Below, piece by piece: positions 35,830-37,004 of a stretch of 37,004 bases of DNA (position 1 is its first letter; each line of letters opens with the position of its first letter). The DNA comes from an uncultured Dehalococcoidales bacterium (GTDB lineage Bacteria; Chloroflexota; Dehalococcoidia; GIF9; AB-539-J10): positions 1 to 37,004 of the forward strand of contig CAZHQV010000003.1 in assembly GCA_964534285.1 (NCBI GenBank). The letters are read 5' to 3'. The notes beneath the pieces were generated by a model. It ran no database searches. It was not told the DNA's origin and was given only the letters and a program-made list of their open reading frames with translations. Position numbers and translations under genes: made by a program.

Positions 35830-37004
35830 CTATGCTGAGCTTGTCTTGCTTGATGTGGATCGCTTTGCGATAAGTCTGAGGATAGACTTGAGAGTCTCAC
35901 CGACAATGAGGAAAAGCAACGCAGCAATTATACAAATAGACCATTGGTGTAGGGTTAGCGGACTCGTATCGAAGATCCGCTGGAACAGCCCGATTTCGGT
36001 CACAAGAACCAGGGCGAGTATGATCCAGCCATAGACGAGAAGGAGGTGCCGATTGGAGAGGGTTTCCATGCGAAATATAGTGTCTTGTGGGTGCCGCAGA
36101 TTCAGTGCGAGTGGAATACTGATAATAGAGAACATTACCATAGCCATAGTCTGAGCGATCACTGTTGAGCCAGTGTTGGTCTTAGCCCACTGATAAACGC
36201 CAATCGCGAAAAGCGCCATTATGAGCCCAGCTACAACCAGGCGAATTCCCAGACGCCGACCAATGATTCTCTCGTTGGCCGGTCGAGGCTTCCGTTTCAT
36301 CAAGCCGGGAGTAGGGCTATCCAACCCCAATGCTCCACCGATGGGTGCCTGGATAATGAAGTTTACGAACAGAATCTGCAATGGTGCGAACAGGACAAGT
36401 GTAACACCAGTGGCAGCTGCCCCTAGAAAGGCCAGGATAAAGCCAAACAGTCCGGCCATCTGGAAGCGAATATACTTCATCAAGTTGTCGTAAATAACCC
36501 GTCCTTGTTCAACAGCCCCCACAATAGTGGCGAAGTTGTCATCTGTCAGAATCATGACGGCGGCTTCCTTTGAAACATCCGTGCCGGTGATCCCCATGGC
36601 TACGCCGATATCGGCTGTTTTCAAAGCTGGGGCATCGTTAACGCCGTCACCCGTCATGGCAACAATATTGTTCTGCCCCTTAAGTACATTGACCAACCTG
36701 ACCTTATCCTCTGGTGCAACGCGAGCAATCACACCAATGTCATCTATTTGGTCGGCGGCTTCTTCATCACTCATTTTGTTGAATTCAGCGCCGGTGATGG
36801 CTCTGCCTTCGATGCCCAACTCTTGCGCGATAGCCCCCGCAGTTACCGCGTGGTCGCCGGTAATCATGCGCACACGAATCCCAGCCGACTTACACTCACC
36901 GATAGCACTCGCCGCTTCGGGCCGCGGTGGGTCAACGATACCAACCATACCAAGCAACGTCAGCTTGTTCACCTCGTCCAGGAGGTTGCACTGAGGATCA
37001 AAGG
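35830..37004 (-). CDS. cation-transporting P-type ATPase, C-terminal part
   Basis: DPPR, MITGD, TGDGVNDAPAL, DDNFATIV; frame open to the window edge. Confidence 0.95.
   Translation of the reverse strand, partial: FDPQCNLLDEVNKLTLLGMVGIVDPPRPEAASAIGECKSAGIRVRMITGDHAVTAGAIAQELGIEGRAITGAEFNKMSDEEAADQIDDIGVIARVAPEDKVRLVNVLKGQNNIVAMTGDGVNDAPALKTADIGVAMGITGTDVSKEAAVMILTDDNFATIVGAVEQGRVIYDNLMKYIRFQMAGLFGFILAFLGAAATGVTLVLFAPLQILFVNFIIQAPIGGALGLDSPTPGLMKRKPRPANERIIGRRLGIRLVVAGLIMALFAIGVYQWAKTNTGSTVIAQTMAMVMFSIISIPLALNLRHPQDTIFRMETLSNRHLLLVYGWIILALVLVTEIGLFQRIFDTSPLTLHQWSICIIAALLFLIVGETLKSILRLIAKRSTSSKTSSA

Overview
Mostly accessory DNA from a bacterium; the gene set suggests Chloroflexota/Dehalococcoidia, which is an inference. 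At the right end, a minus-strand host operon alternates four tRNA genes (Val-CAC, Leu-CAG, Arg-GCG, Val-TAC) with two protein genes. It is flanked on the right by two decayed tyrosine recombinases and the 3' part of a P-type ATPase gene. Just downstream of tRNA-Val(TAC) an integrative element begins. It carries an intact integrase, an attenuator-like leader, a KGG protein, a primase-P-loop fusion, a second short recombinase, a wHTH protein, an ~820 bp mosaic of phased short repeats and an RHH/coiled-coil protein. Further left lie an AT-rich PIN cassette and a 2.1 kb module (sigma-like gene plus divergent beta-clamp) strongly enriched in GCTAGC. Beyond these is a regulatory/redox block (extra RpoD-like sigma, atypical receivers, HesB-like paralogs without Fe-S Cys motifs, AsnB-like enzyme, thioredoxin, membrane-anchored PhoU) and a Type IIG-like R-M gene at the left edge. 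I found no att duplicate by eye, so the left border of the element is undefined. The best candidates for novelty are the repeat mosaic with its RHH gene (24480-25300) and the GCTAGC-marked sigma/clamp module (18563-20724).
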